This document shows, piece by piece, positions 1-12,674 of a stretch of DNA of 64,000 nt. The first letter of the stretch is position 1. Every line of letters begins with the position of its first letter. The notes below the pieces were generated by a model. The model ran no database searches, had not been told where the DNA came from, and saw only the letters and a program-made list of their open reading frames with translations. This DNA comes from Octopus bimaculoides. Its lineage: Eukaryota. The translations under genes and the position numbers were made by a program. Location of the stretch: positions 107,045,532 to 107,109,531 of the forward strand of contig NC_068987.1 in assembly GCF_001194135.2 (NCBI RefSeq), read 5' to 3'.

Positions 1-8
1 TATATATA

Positions 9-39
<31 letters not shown>

Positions 40-202
40 ATGTATGTATATATATATTTATATATAAATATATGGTTTAGAGAAAAAAACCAAAGTTCAT
101 GAACTCATCCATGAAAATCCAGTCACATATAGAAAAAAATTATAAGTAAATACACTAAAATGAATTATAATAAAATACAAAGTAATAATCAAAACAATAA
201 AA

Positions 203-318
203 CGACTACACGTGTCTCATAACGAACTTTTCAAATAGAAAATAAAATAAATCGAATCGATTAAAATACATCGATCGAAAATCAATTCTATTCAAAAATA
301 CAGCTAATCCTCAGGTCA
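203..318 (-). ncRNA. Degenerate type I hammerhead ribozyme-like motif with a long stem II (probable Penelope-like element relic)
   Basis: Minus strand reads TGAC (stem I) - CTGAGGA (core) - TTAGC...79 nt...GTTAT (stem II) - GAGA (GAAA expected) - CACGTG (palindromic stem III) - TA (GUA triplet) - GTCG (stem I 3' strand). It deviates from the canonical core at two places. Confidence 0.45.
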
Positions 319-1054
319 AAATACAATAACAATAATAATAAAATGAATGTATATATATCAACCAACAATAAATAACAAATGAATTTATATAAAATACTTA
401 TTATATCAATAAGTAAAAGTACTTATTTTACTAATAAATAAAAGGAAAATATTTAACGATATTATACGTACTTTTATAGAAATTCATTTGTTATATATTG
501 TTAGCTTTTATTCTAATAAACGATATGTTAATAGTATAATAGTATTACTTTAATCTCAAGGTTCGATAAGTATAATATGTGATTGATGTAGCCAGGTCAG
601 TTGCTGTACAATCTTATATGCCATGCATAGAAAACATTGTTGTTCACCAGCTGCCCATTCAACATGTTGATAAGACTGGATTGTAGCGCACACTACATTT
701 GCGTATTTCCATTTTGGGGCAGGTGGTATGTGATCCTTTCCTTTTATAAATACATAGATACATAGTTACATGCATACACACATAAACACGTATTTATATA
801 TATATACACACACATATAAACACATATGCATATAAAATACACAAACACACATATATGTACATGTATATAATAGTAATAGCAATAACCATTGGCTGGAATT
901 ATATTGCTATTCATACAGCAGATGCCAAGGATAATAATCCCTCTGTTGTACATCTATTGACATTATTGTACCTCAAGAAATGAATCCATAAAGGTGATCA
1001 ACCCAATGCCGACGGATACTATGGACTACACTGTAATATTCTCAGGAGTGATTC

Positions 1055-1125
1055 GTCTTAATAACTGATGAGATGCCGGAGCACATTTCAGTCCCGGTAT
1101 CCGAAATTCTGAGTTTCATTAAGAT
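1055..1125 (+). ncRNA. Degenerate type I hammerhead ribozyme-like motif
   Basis: GTCTTAATAA (1055-1064) - CTGATGA (1065-1071) - GATGCCGG/CCGGTATC 8-bp stem II - extra C - GAAA (1103-1106) - TTC-T-GAG - TT - TCATTAAGAT, which pairs with the 5' stem I strand at 9 of 10 positions. Confidence 0.55.
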
Positions 1126-1214
1126 AACCACCCAATTGTGACATATTAAATATATATATATATATATGTATATGTATATATAAGTATATAGACACATATA
1201 TATATACATGCATG

Positions 1215-1255
<41 letters not shown>

Positions 1256-1690
1256 NNNNNNNNNNNNNNNNNNNNNNNNNNNNNNNNNNNNNNNNNNNNN
1301 NNNNNNNNNNNNNNNNNNNNNNNNNNNNNNNNNNNNNNNNNNNNNNNNNNNNNNNNNNNNNNNNNNNNNNNNNNNNNNNNNNNNNNNNNNNNNNNNNNNN
1401 NNNNNNNNNNNNNNNNNNNNNNNNNNNNNNNNNNNNNNNNNNNNNNNNNNNNNNNNNNNNNNNNNNNNNNNNNNNNNNNNNNNNNNNNNNNNNNNNNNNN
1501 NNNNNNNNNNNNNNNNNNNNNNNNNNNNNNNNNNNNNNNNNNNNNNNNNNNNNNNNNNNNNNNNNNNNNNNNNNNNNNNNNNNNNNNNNNNNNNNNNNNN
1601 NNNNNNNNNNNNNNNNNNNNNNNNNNNNNNNNNNNNNNNNNNNNNNNNNNNNNNNNNNNNNNNNNNNNNNNNNNNNNNNNNNNNNNNNNN

Positions 1691-1736
<46 letters not shown>

Positions 1737-2456
1737 GTACATAATTACATGGAAAATACAATAAACAGAGTAGTCAGAAGAGAATACATAGGTTTCACAT
1801 CGATACCCGTTACGGAGTTACGTAATAATAGCAATGTTGTTATTTATCTGATGGCATATGTAAAAATCCTGATTACGCCAGCAGTAAATAGTTTAGAAGA
1901 AATATTAACGCGAGCCCGGACTTCTTTTAAAAAAAAAATGACAACAGCAATTCATGCGTGAGATTTAATGGGTAAGCGGAAAAGAGAGAAAGTGTAAGCT
2001 CAAAAGGTAACTGTATGATCTATGTAAATATATTTATATATAGATATACATGTCTTTCCATTTATGAATATATGTAGTTAAATGCATCTCGATATGTCTA
2101 TGTATATCTATACTTGAACATGTATATATAGAGATGGCAAACCTAATCTTGTTTATCTGTATCCCTATTTCCATATAAGCTTGCTTTGATTTCTTGTATA
2201 GCCAACCGTTCTTGACTCCGTGGAACCGTTGTTGGATTGAAGTATTTGCCCTTCAATTTTAATTCTTTCATAGAGATTTTGGAAAATTGCGTGACTTCCC
2301 GTTCTACATGTATATCTGCCTCATTATACATCAGTCACACTATATATTCTCTCTAAACATAAATATATATTTGTTTGTGTATGTGCATTGGTGTGTGTGT
2401 GTGTGTGTATTTGTTTCTGTATACAAATAAAGGTTTAAGTGCTCTTGCACACAAGC

Positions 2457-2536
2457 GCGCATGCACACACACGCGCATGCACACACACGCGCATGCACAC
2501 ACGCGCGCATGCACACACGCGCGCATGCACACACAC
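2457..2536. repeat. 16-bp minisatellite, 5 units (GCGCATGCACACACAC/GC)
   Basis: Units start at 2457, 2473, 2489, 2505 and 2521. The array is strictly alternating purine-pyrimidine. Confidence 0.95.
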
Positions 2537-2564
2537 ATGCAAATACACATTGACATTTAGCAAA

Positions 2565-2674
2565 AGTAACAGAGTGACTCAGAGTTAGCGAGTTTTCTGC
2601 ATTGTCACTTATCACTTAACAACTCGATAAGTGCCAACGTACGAAACTCCTGGATCTTGAGTTACTCTGTTACT
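2565..2674. repeat. Short inverted repeat element
   Basis: AGTAACAGAGTGACTCA (2565-2581) matches the reverse complement of TGAGTTACTCTGTTACT (2658-2674) at 16/17. Weaker similarity continues inward. Confidence 0.75.
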
Positions 2675-2790
2675 CCTGGTCAATATTAATACAAAAATGC
2701 ATATACTCATATTTTGTCCTATTTTCCCTGTTTATATCAACATACCTTCATATATATGTAGTATGTGTGTGTGTGATACGGAGAGTGAGA

Positions 2791-2824
<34 letters not shown>

Positions 2825-3265
2825 NNNNNNNNNNNNNNNNNNNNNNNNNNNNNNNNNNNNNNNNNNNNNNNNNNNNNNNNNNNNNNNNNNNNNNNNNNNN
2901 NNNNNNNNNNNNNNNNNNNNNNNNNNNNNNNNNNNNNNNNNNNNNNNNNNNNNNNNNNNNNNNNNNNNNNNNNNNNNNNNNNNNNNNNNNATACATAGAC
3001 ATATATATACAGACGTACATACATATATACATGTATACATGCACGCACACAAACGCACACAGAGGTCTGTCTGTCTGTATGTATGTATATATGTATGTAT
3101 ATTCTTTTATCCATTTATCCATCAAAACGTTTCAGCCCTTAATACGTTTCAGGCGGTGGCTATGCTGAATCACCTTCCGTCTAATCAACTCTTCGATGGC
3201 GAATTTTATGTGAATTGTTTGTGGCGAATAAGTGAGTTCGACACTGCTGCTTCTTTTTGAGTTTC

Positions 3266-3830
3266 CTACCTTGATGTAGGCTCACCTGGGACGCTTGACA
3301 ACAGAATGTCAAGTTGTTCTTTGAAAACATATACCCTTACCCTTGTGTTTTGGTAAGGCGTTACATGCCTGTTGGCTCTTGAATCCAAGCTATTGATGTA
3401 CTTAGTCCTCATGCTACACGCGACAGAAGGGACCTTTGGAGAAGTGCGGTTACATCCAGTTCTGGGACTCCTATAGCACTCGACACCAAATTTTGGTGCC
3501 AGCTCTTCACAATCTTCCGTGCATATATCACTGCATACAGCTCCTGTGTTCACTCCAGGGAGTAGAATCGTAGCTCACTCAATCTCCGACGACGAATGGC
3601 CTCCATAGGACCATCATAGTTTCCTGGGCCCTTGTTTTGAAGGTTCTCAGAATCCACCCGGCCATTCGTTTGCATATTGCCACCATCTTGATGGTATGCA
3701 TGTGAAACGAGGCATCGTTGCTCATTTCAATCCCTAGACCACGCAACGTATGTGACTCTGGGTTGCCGCTCCTTTTGGTCCAAAATATCGCTTTTGCGTC
3801 TTGAGAGCATCATTCAGCGTGGGGTTTGGA
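3266..3830 (-). mobile_element. CR1/L2-type LINE 3' fragment (RT C-terminal region), decayed
   Basis: Minus-strand translation gives RGLGIEMSNDASFHMHTIKMVAICKRMAGWILRTFKTR, then APKFGVECY...TKYINSL...VFKEQLDILLSSVPGEPT. This matches the CR1-clade RDLG..GWILRTF and FK..LD..L..VPDEP motifs, with frameshifts. Confidence 0.8.
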
Positions 3831-4954
3831 ATTTATCTGTAATAAATTGCAATTATATATATATTATATATAACGTGTTAGTTCTCAGTTATGCCTCACG
3901 TTACGGCTAACCGCATCGATAAATCCCTCTGATGTTTAGCTTCTTGTTCTCTTCATTGGATGGTAGTATTATCTGGAGTATATATTAGCAAGAATTATAA
4001 TGATAGAGAATATGGAGAATGGTACAGCTCCATAATTTATTTCCGCTTATTCATATATTCACATGCTCCGTAAAAACATAGTGTACATATGTATACTTTT
4101 AGCATATTCGTGTGCGTGTAATACTTCAATTAATATTTACAAATGCGACAGTTGTACTGGATATAGGTATCCGTTTATATATATACATTTACATATTTCT
4201 ATATAAATACACATGTATATATATATATATATATATATNNNNNNNNNNNNNNNNNNNNNNNNNNNNNNNNNNNNNNNNNNNNNNNNNNNNNNNNNNNNNN
4301 NNNNNNNNNNNNNNNNNNNNNNNNNNNNNNNNNNNNNNNNNNNNNNNNNNNNNNNNNNNNNNNNNNNNNNNNNNNNATATATACATACATATATACATAC
4401 ATATTTATTAAGACATGCATTATACGTGTGTGCCTGTGTTTGTGTGTGTGTGTGTATGTGTGAACAACCTAGGTCACCTACTCACCATTCAGTTCTCGAG
4501 TGAGGACCAAACAATTTAAGCGAACTTCGGTTAAATATCAATACCAAGGACTCTTAGCGAAAGCAAAACAGAAATACTAAATTCCTGTACTTGTTGACCT
4601 CTGTCAGGCACTACAGCAATGTTGGGAGAAACCTTACACCTCTTTACCATTTTCCTTCGTGTCAGTAGTCGTTTGGTGAACCTCGCTAAACTTCCGGAGT
4701 GGCTTGTCAAAACAGAAACCTGGAAGTGACAATAATTAAATCAACTACGATAACTCAAGCTGTGCTCTCACTTTGAGACTGTGTTTTGATACCTCACCCG
4801 CTTTCTCGCTTGTCTTTCTCTTTCTTTCCCTAATTTTACTTCCTTTCTTTCTCTCACGTCCCTATATTATATCTTGCTTTCTCATCTCATCGTTATTCTC
4901 TTAAACATTCCTATACATTAGCTACATTGCTCTGTCCCTACCCGTTATCTCACT

Positions 4955-4979
4955 ATCTATCTATCTATCTATCTATCTT

Positions 4980-5020
<41 letters not shown>
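4955..5020. repeat. (TCTA)n microsatellite
   Basis: Direct reading of the sequence. Confidence 0.95.
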
Positions 5021-5022
<2 letters not shown>

Positions 5023-5315
5023 GTCTGACTGAATGTCTGTCTATGTATCTATCTGTGTCGGCATGTAAATATTGAAAGAACATGCGAGGCAAAGATTGGT
5101 GTAGCACCTGTGAGTGAAAGTCAGCTATTAGGAAGTAATTGATGATGCAGGCAACGATAAGGAAAGAGACAAGGGAAAACATATTTTTAAAAATGCAGAT
5201 AACTAACACTAAGCCATATGTATTAGATATTTCTGACTGTAGTCATAATAAATAGGATTGTGTAATGGCAAATTAAATGCACGCGCGCGTACACGCATAC
5301 ACACACACACACATA

Positions 5316-5990
5316 CGAGGTCTGGTCAATAAGTATACGGAATGTTGCCATAGTAACATGGTTAGAGCACGCACGGTAAAGTCACTTGGCACAAATTAAC
5401 CTTGAACACTGATGTGCAAGCGCACTAAGTACAAAGGGGTTCAGACGTTTGCAGGATGGCCGAAATAATGTCCATATTGACGAATGTTCTGGGGGACCCG
5501 CATCCAGCAGAACTGAGAAAACCATCGCAGATATTCGTGCAGTAGCGTGGAGAAACCTTTGAGTCACCATCCATGAGTTATCACAGCATGTGAGGATTAA
5601 TTACGGTTCAGTTCAGTCCATTATCACTGACGTTTTTGGTATGAGATGTGTGTTTACCAAGTTTGTGCCAACACTGCTTTCAGCTGACCAAAAAGACACC
5701 CGGGTTTCAGTTTTAGATCTCCTTGCTGTTTCAAGAACAATGAAAGAGTTTTGAAAGCTTTGCGTAAGTTTCTGAGCAGGTATCGCCAAGCTGTTGACAA
5801 AATTTGATGCAGGCTCTCTCTGTCGTGGTCAAGGCGATGATCACACACTACACACCTTCCTTCCAAGGACTGCTGTAAGAAGTGGAAGTGAGCTGCACAG
5901 CAGTGTTAATACCAATCTGTCAAGCAGCCTCACTGCGTGATTTAGCTTGGTTACTTTGGCAAAGGTCCGGATACTTATTGCTCCGACCAC

Positions 5991-5991
<1 letters not shown>
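5316..5991. mobile_element. Non-autonomous mariner derivative with internal inversion (copy A)
   Basis: TA at both flanks (5314-15, 5992-93) and TIRs CGAGGTCTGGTCAATAAGTAT / CGTGGTCGGAGCAATAAGTAT (17/21). The plus strand 5440-5750 encodes a mariner HTH-linker (FRRLQDGRNN...VTIHELS...FGMRCVFTKFVPTLL). The minus strand 5760-5830 encodes the N-terminus (RACIKFCQQLGDTCSETYAKL). Confidence 0.9.
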
Positions 5992-6029
<38 letters not shown>

Positions 6030-6030
<1 letters not shown>

Positions 6031-6830
6031 GAAGGGTTACCCAATGTATACCGGGGTTTTCCTTACTCATATAGTTTAGTTTTACATGTTTACACTTTTA
6101 TCGCTTTCAAACTTATCACCATTTAAATCATTGCAGATGCGATATCCACTATTCAAAGCAGAGCTGGAACTCTTGCGAGGTGATGCTTGTTACCAACACT
6201 TTTTTCTTCACCTCACCCACAACTGCAATTTCCATAGCACTAGCTTTCGTCATCAGATGACCTCTGAACAAGAGTCCAGATCAATTCCCAACTTTTCTTT
6301 CAGTTCACGACACGCGTTCAGTCGTAATTTATTTTGATCTTGCGTCAGAAAGCCAGGAACAAATTTTTCTGCTACTCATTTCATTCACAGATCCTCGCTC
6401 AAAATCCGTCACCTGTTTGGTTACGGTCGCCAAGATCAATCAGTTGATGAATTTTCATGATGTTTACATTCGTTCAGGAGGTTGACAGTGGCCTTGAACG
6501 AGGTCGGTATTCAAGCAACAAGCGACAATTCCTAAAGAGTGGAAACCACTCGTATATTTGTGTTTTGCTCATGACAACGCCCTCTTAAGTTGTTTAAACC
6601 ATGACGAATGTTTCGGCCGTTGCTTTATCCACCAGAAAACAGAATTTCACGGAAGCACACTCTTTCTTCTTTTCAGCCATCGCAAAATCAACGAACACGG
6701 TAGAAGCACTGCTAATCGAGTATGCACCGCATGGTAGTCCGACTATAGACAACAATGCTGGCCGGCAGACTAATACACGTCAGCAGCATTCCTTCGTACA
6801 ACTAACAGTTGCTGCTGAAAAATACACCAA
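6030..6830 (-). mobile_element. Decayed mariner element
   Basis: Minus strand from ATG 6680: MAEKKKECASVKFCFLVDKATAETFVMV...MSKTQIYEWF...RPRSRPLSTS...KFVPGFLTQDQNKLRLNACRELKE, with many stops. A mariner-like end (CGAAGGGTTACCC) lies at 6030; the opposite end is not resolved. Confidence 0.8.
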
Positions 6831-9800
6831 TTTCTCTTTTTACCCTGTTTTCTCTTTTTTGGTTTTCTTTCCTGTTTCATTAAATGTCTATTGTTCCTGC
6901 TCTAATTTACCACAACCCTGTCTATATATTTTGAACAACGAAACATGTATAGTGCAATCAATATCTAGTTCGATGACCATGAACGTGACATTGGAAAACT
7001 AAATGTGAGAGGCCAACTGCAATACTGTGCATATCTGTTGCCTCTTAATATTGAGTATTCCGAACTCTCTTCACAGATGACATTATACACGCGCGCGCAC
7101 GCACGCACGCACACACATACATTTATGTTAAACTGTTCCTGTGTACCTAAGTAAAAGACAATATATTCGTTTATTTCCACATCAGTCCTTATCTAGTCAA
7201 TTTTCTTCAATCAAGCTGAGTGAACGTTAAAGTAAGATGGTTAAGCTCACTGACCGCACAATTGTGGGCTAGAAACGCCATAGGTTCACATTATTTACAT
7301 TACGAAAAAATACCTAATGTTAATTTTGTTAAAAATATGTATCTGGTAATTTGGTTACAAATTAGATTATTCTCAAGAATTGAATAGGGGATTCCTAGCG
7401 AATTCAGAAAAAAAAAAAAACGTTGTTTTGAAATAATTCTCTCCCGCTGCTTCGGTGTCATTGCATCTTACTAACTTTCTTTAACAGTGTTTTAGAATAG
7501 CTTCCAGCGTCGCCTATTGAAATATAGATACATTTTCTTCACCTGTTCCAAAATTCCGGTTCGAAACTAGGCATGACTGTGGATTTAAGATTTTCCCATC
7601 AAAGCTTTGTGATTGCTTGTTCGATCTAAGTGTCTCACATCATAGCTCCGTATCCGCTATCTCTTCTATCAAATATCTTCCATCATAGCGTCGTATCTGC
7701 TAGAGTTCTGCGAATAGAATTTGTTAGACATAAGGAAATTGTGGAAATACCTCGAGATTCGGGGAATATTCTTGCGTTGCAGTTTTAAACTTCTGTCTGG
7801 TTTACACATCTGCCTTCACCACTGTATATCTTTATCTAACTTCACTCTGTTGCAATCACACAAAACATGATTCAAATCCGAATGTAACTCTCAACATTGA
7901 TCTTCCTTCTCTGCTCAATCCACCAAACGAAGCCATACTTTTCACTCCATCCGTTGCGTTTTGCTTTCTTTCACTTTGACAATTGCACCATGTTGCATAT
8001 GAACATCTCTGTTATCTGCATTTCTTTTCCCTGATTAATTTCATTGAAGGTTTTATATGAAAATCTTGCAGTATATTAACCATGCTTAGTCTAACTGACA
8101 GCTACTGGCTGGTGGCAATATGATCCGTCATGTATTTTGAATTCAAATTTCTTACTTTCCTCCGATTTTAATCTCCTGTGTCTTGTATATTATTTCTACA
8201 CTATTTATGTGCCCTTTAGGGAGATTCACACTCAGCATGATTAATAGTTTTGCGATATATTTCCATACATCTAACACTTATTATCCTGCCTGGTTTCTGT
8301 CAATTTTTGTTTTAACAAATCGCTTCTCCTTCTGAAGCTACGATAAGGGATTTCTGTTTCTCTCTTTAATCCGCCAGTGAAACCCACTTTATTTCTCAGG
8401 CTGCTTATTATTTTTCTTTCGACAATATTCTCTTCTTCTTTCCACATTTCCGCTTGTTCATTTGATTCAAATATTTCATATATCTATAATTATTTCTTTC
8501 TCTTCCACTAAAATCTTACGAAGATCTCGATGGCCGCCCAGTAAGTGTCATAATCACTTTGCTGTAACACATTTCAGTGAAAGTTATTAGCCCAAATTTC
8601 ATTACGCATAAATATAACCTTAAATGTTAAATTTCAGAGGAAATATGTACATTCATGATAAATACGGTTTTCATGACGCTTATGTTAAATTTCACTATTA
8701 TTGTATATCAAAAAATATTTGACATATTTATCTTACACAACGGCAAAATTAACTGATATACTAGATGAATAATTTTATTGTTTTTATTTTAACCAACAAA
8801 AATATGGTAGATGAAACTGCATTCAATATATCAATAAAGGTTCCTCTTACATGTAACTCTTACGCTAAAATTAAGGCTTGCTTAAAATCTTTGCCAGTTT
8901 TGTAACGGTTCTAATTCTACTTATAGTCCCCATGAGAAATAAATCAGAAACCTTATTTGTAGTTATTTGCATATGTTAATTTAATTTCAGTTGGCAAATT
9001 GTTTAGAAAATCGGGACGGAGTACGGTTGCATGAAGTATTCGCTCCAAAACCAAGTGCTGAGCAAATTTTACTTTTGACAACATAACTCTTGCTGGGTGA
9101 AATATCGCAAAAGCTGGGCATTTCATTGGCTAAAATGAAACAACGAAGGGATATATTTTGTACTTCAATGTTCCGTCTTCTATGCCTTCTGAGATCAAAT
9201 TTCGTCACGGTCTACGCGAGTCGCGGATGAATACACCATCCGTTCTAACACCAACATCTTGACATTAGGTAAAAGAGCTCAATATTATTTGCCTTTCCTT
9301 CCTACTAGAATATCTAAAAGTTAAATGACTTCGAAATTGCTTATAATTTCGTATGTGACGTACCGAAACATAGAGAAATATGTCACTTATTATAATAAAG
9401 ATTTGGGCTATTATAAGTTTTGGAGGAAACGAAACTGGTTGCCATCCTTCCATAGAAGAGTAAAACTAAGTGATCCGTATTTATGTATGTCATTATTCAG
9501 TTTATTTCAAAATTTCTTGCCAATAGAGAAAGAACCATTTTCTAACATAGATCCATGGCTCCTTCATTAGAATTTAAACATCAACAACAGGGTACCTTTG
9601 TTAGTATGTATGTATATATGTACGTATGTATATGTGTATAGGTATGTGTGTGTGTGTGTTTTAATGTGTATGTGTTTTTTCAGAGATATACCAACAGTAA
9701 TGAAGGAGTGGGCAACAATATTTCTACTCGGGTCTTTGGTATTCCGGAGACTCAAGACTGATTCTACCTTTATTGAAACGCTCCTTTTTCTTCTTCAAAA

Positions 9801-9934
9801 CGAGTGAGAAACGTGTTTCAAGGAGAATCAGGCCACCAACCTTGAGTTGTCTACTGGCAATTTCCTAGTATGGTACCTACCATTAGCAGGGGTAATGTTT
9901 GAAGATGTATGAAGATATATAAACAATACAAAAC

Positions 9935-10290
9935 TTGAAGCGAAGACAAACGACGCAGTGGGAGACATCTAAATGCGTCCTCTGCCACGAATCAACAGCG
10001 AGAGGAGGAATTACTTTGAGTTGGTAGGGGATTTACGATCTGTGAACTTGCTGCACAAACGCATTCTGGTTACAACAATGTAATGGAGAAGATCGTACAT
10101 GACTTTGGGCATCTGAAATTGTGGACAAATTTCGTACTCCGTTGTTGTCATACGATTTCAAGGAGAGAAGACTAGAAGAATGCTCTAAGCACATGGCAGC
10201 ATTTGAAGCTAATGAACATGCATTGAATTCTGCGGTGCACGCGATAAAACATGAGCGTATCTTTATGGTTCGAATGAACATATCTTTACG
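9935..10290 (+). mobile_element. Old mariner transposase remnant
   Basis: Plus frame SEDKRRSGRH...GFTICELAAQ...KIVHDFGHLKLWTNFVLR resembles the mariner ED..RSGRP / TI.ELA / LG..K..A.WVP motifs. It carries several stops. Confidence 0.55.
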
Positions 10291-11493
10291 ATCGTTACCC
10301 CTCTTCCCTAAAGCCTAAGACGTTACGACCGAGTGAGTGGCATTAAAAGTCAAGGTCTTTCTACAGGACATAGCAAATGATAGATACATTTAGATTGACA
10401 AAAGGCTTAGGGAAGATATTAAATGCAAGATACAAAAGAAAAATCTTAAAACATGCCTAATATTACTAGATTTCACATTTTGAATCTCTCACTACGTTTA
10501 TTAAACGTCTTACATTATATATTCTAACTTCCTATAATGTTTGTTGAGATACTATCACAAATATTTACGTTTAATTTAGGTCCTGACATTTGATTTTCCA
10601 CCAAAACAGCTTCCTTTAAACGCAATATATTTATCTCATCTAACCGGCTAATGAATCTGCTGTGCGTATACTTGCCGTCTAGATGCTGTTGCATCTAAAA
10701 TCTGATGAATCACCCTCAAACATCCACAATCGACCGAATTCAGCGAGGAGTCATTGGATATATAAATATAATATGGTGTGCATTGTTCCTAGAAGTATAG
10801 TTGGGATAGTCCGACGCTCAGCTATCTTTGAACATAAATTTCTCCTCGAAGAGTGCGACGGCTTCGAGCTAAACAACGATAACATGTCGAATCCAACAGT
10901 TCTACTTCAGACCCTAGAGTGTGATAGATTTAAACTTAACATGCTATATCTGTTTGGTATGTAGTTTACTAACAGAAGTCTGTATTTATATCCCTGTATA
11001 TTCTCTTTATTTAACGAATTTTAAATATAGGCTAAGATAAACAGGAAAACACACACATACACACGTAAGCACACACTCACTAACAGTGGTGCACGAACAG
11101 TCTCTTTCTCGCATACTTACACATCTTCACACATGTGGACAAGCTTGTAATAACATGCATTAGAATAAATGTCCCTGTTCAACCCCATAATTTAAATATA
11201 TATGTTCGTACTTCGGTGCAAGAGTGCAAACGTTGTATGCAATTACACATGTGAAGAAAAAGAAAATACTCTTACAGATACACAAATCATAGTCGACTTC
11301 AGAACATTGACTCACAAATATACGAACAAACGAAAGGCTTTTATTATGACATCATATATCTCAAGTAGTAAATCTTATCTATTTGTATGTTCAGGTGTAA
11401 AGGAATTCATATATAAATAAACAACTATCTATCTCTCGTATCATGTGGGTATGATATATCAACATGTTCGTAGATATGTGTATATAACTATAA

Positions 11494-11543
<50 letters not shown>

Positions 11544-12325
11544 ATTTCTATGTGTCTGTGTATTTATCTATTTATCTATCTATCTACCTATACATACATA
11601 CATACATACATACATACATACGTACATACCTACATACATACATATGTGTGCGTGGGATTTTACCATACTGGAACACCAGTTGAAGTGTATGTGTGTGTAT
11701 CATATACTTATATATATATATATATATATATACACGAATATACACACACATACACTCACAAATACACAACCACAAACACACACACATATACACAAGCATA
11801 CGTACATCATGCTAATGCAAACTGATTTTGGAGTGTATGAGATCGTGAGTTAGACATCACGTTACTCTCTTCCCGCCAACCTGATCGGGATGCCAAGGAC
11901 TATACGGCTGGTTGGTAGGAAATGGGTTGCGTCAGGAACAACGAAAAACCATACCAGCCGAGTAAATTTATATGATGTGAAATAAAAAAAATTGCCCAGG
12001 GATAAAATAAAGAAGCAATGGATCGAACAAATGGACGTATAGCTACGACACACTGAAACATTAAGACACACACACACATATACACACGCACACTTGTTTC
12101 ATGCCTTCTTACAACTAACATTCTATAGCGTGTGTACGGAAGGGAAAATATCACGAAAAGTAAGATAGACTACGTTACCATGCGATGCGATTAACAAATA
12201 ACGTTTGATTCATAGAAATGCCTGAAGAAATATTAGTAAATTACTAAAGTACTCCATTGATCACGTATAATGCTTGTATATGTCGGACTAGTTACATTCA
12301 CGCACGCAGTCAATCTCAGATATAC

Positions 12326-12378
<53 letters not shown>

Positions 12379-12674
12379 NNNNNNNNNNNNNNNNNNNNNN
12401 NNNNNNNNNNNNNNNNNNNNNNNNNNNNNNNNNNNNNNNNNNNNNNNNNNNNNNNNNNNNNNNNNNNNNNNNNNNNNNNNNNNNNNNNNNNNNNNNNNNN
12501 NNNNNNNNNNNNNNNNNNNNNNNNNNNNNNNNNNNNNNNNNNNNNNNNNNNNNNNNNNNNNNNNNNNNNNNNNNNNNNNNNNNNNNNNNNNNNNNNNNNN
12601 NNNNNNNNNNNNNNNNNNNNNNNNNNNNNNNNNNNNNNNNNNNNNNNTATATATATATTGTTCAAAACACTTTC

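Noticed and set aside
8991-9268. AG...GT-bounded segment in unique DNA
   Set aside because: All three plus frames contain stops, and the minus ORF is unrecognisable.
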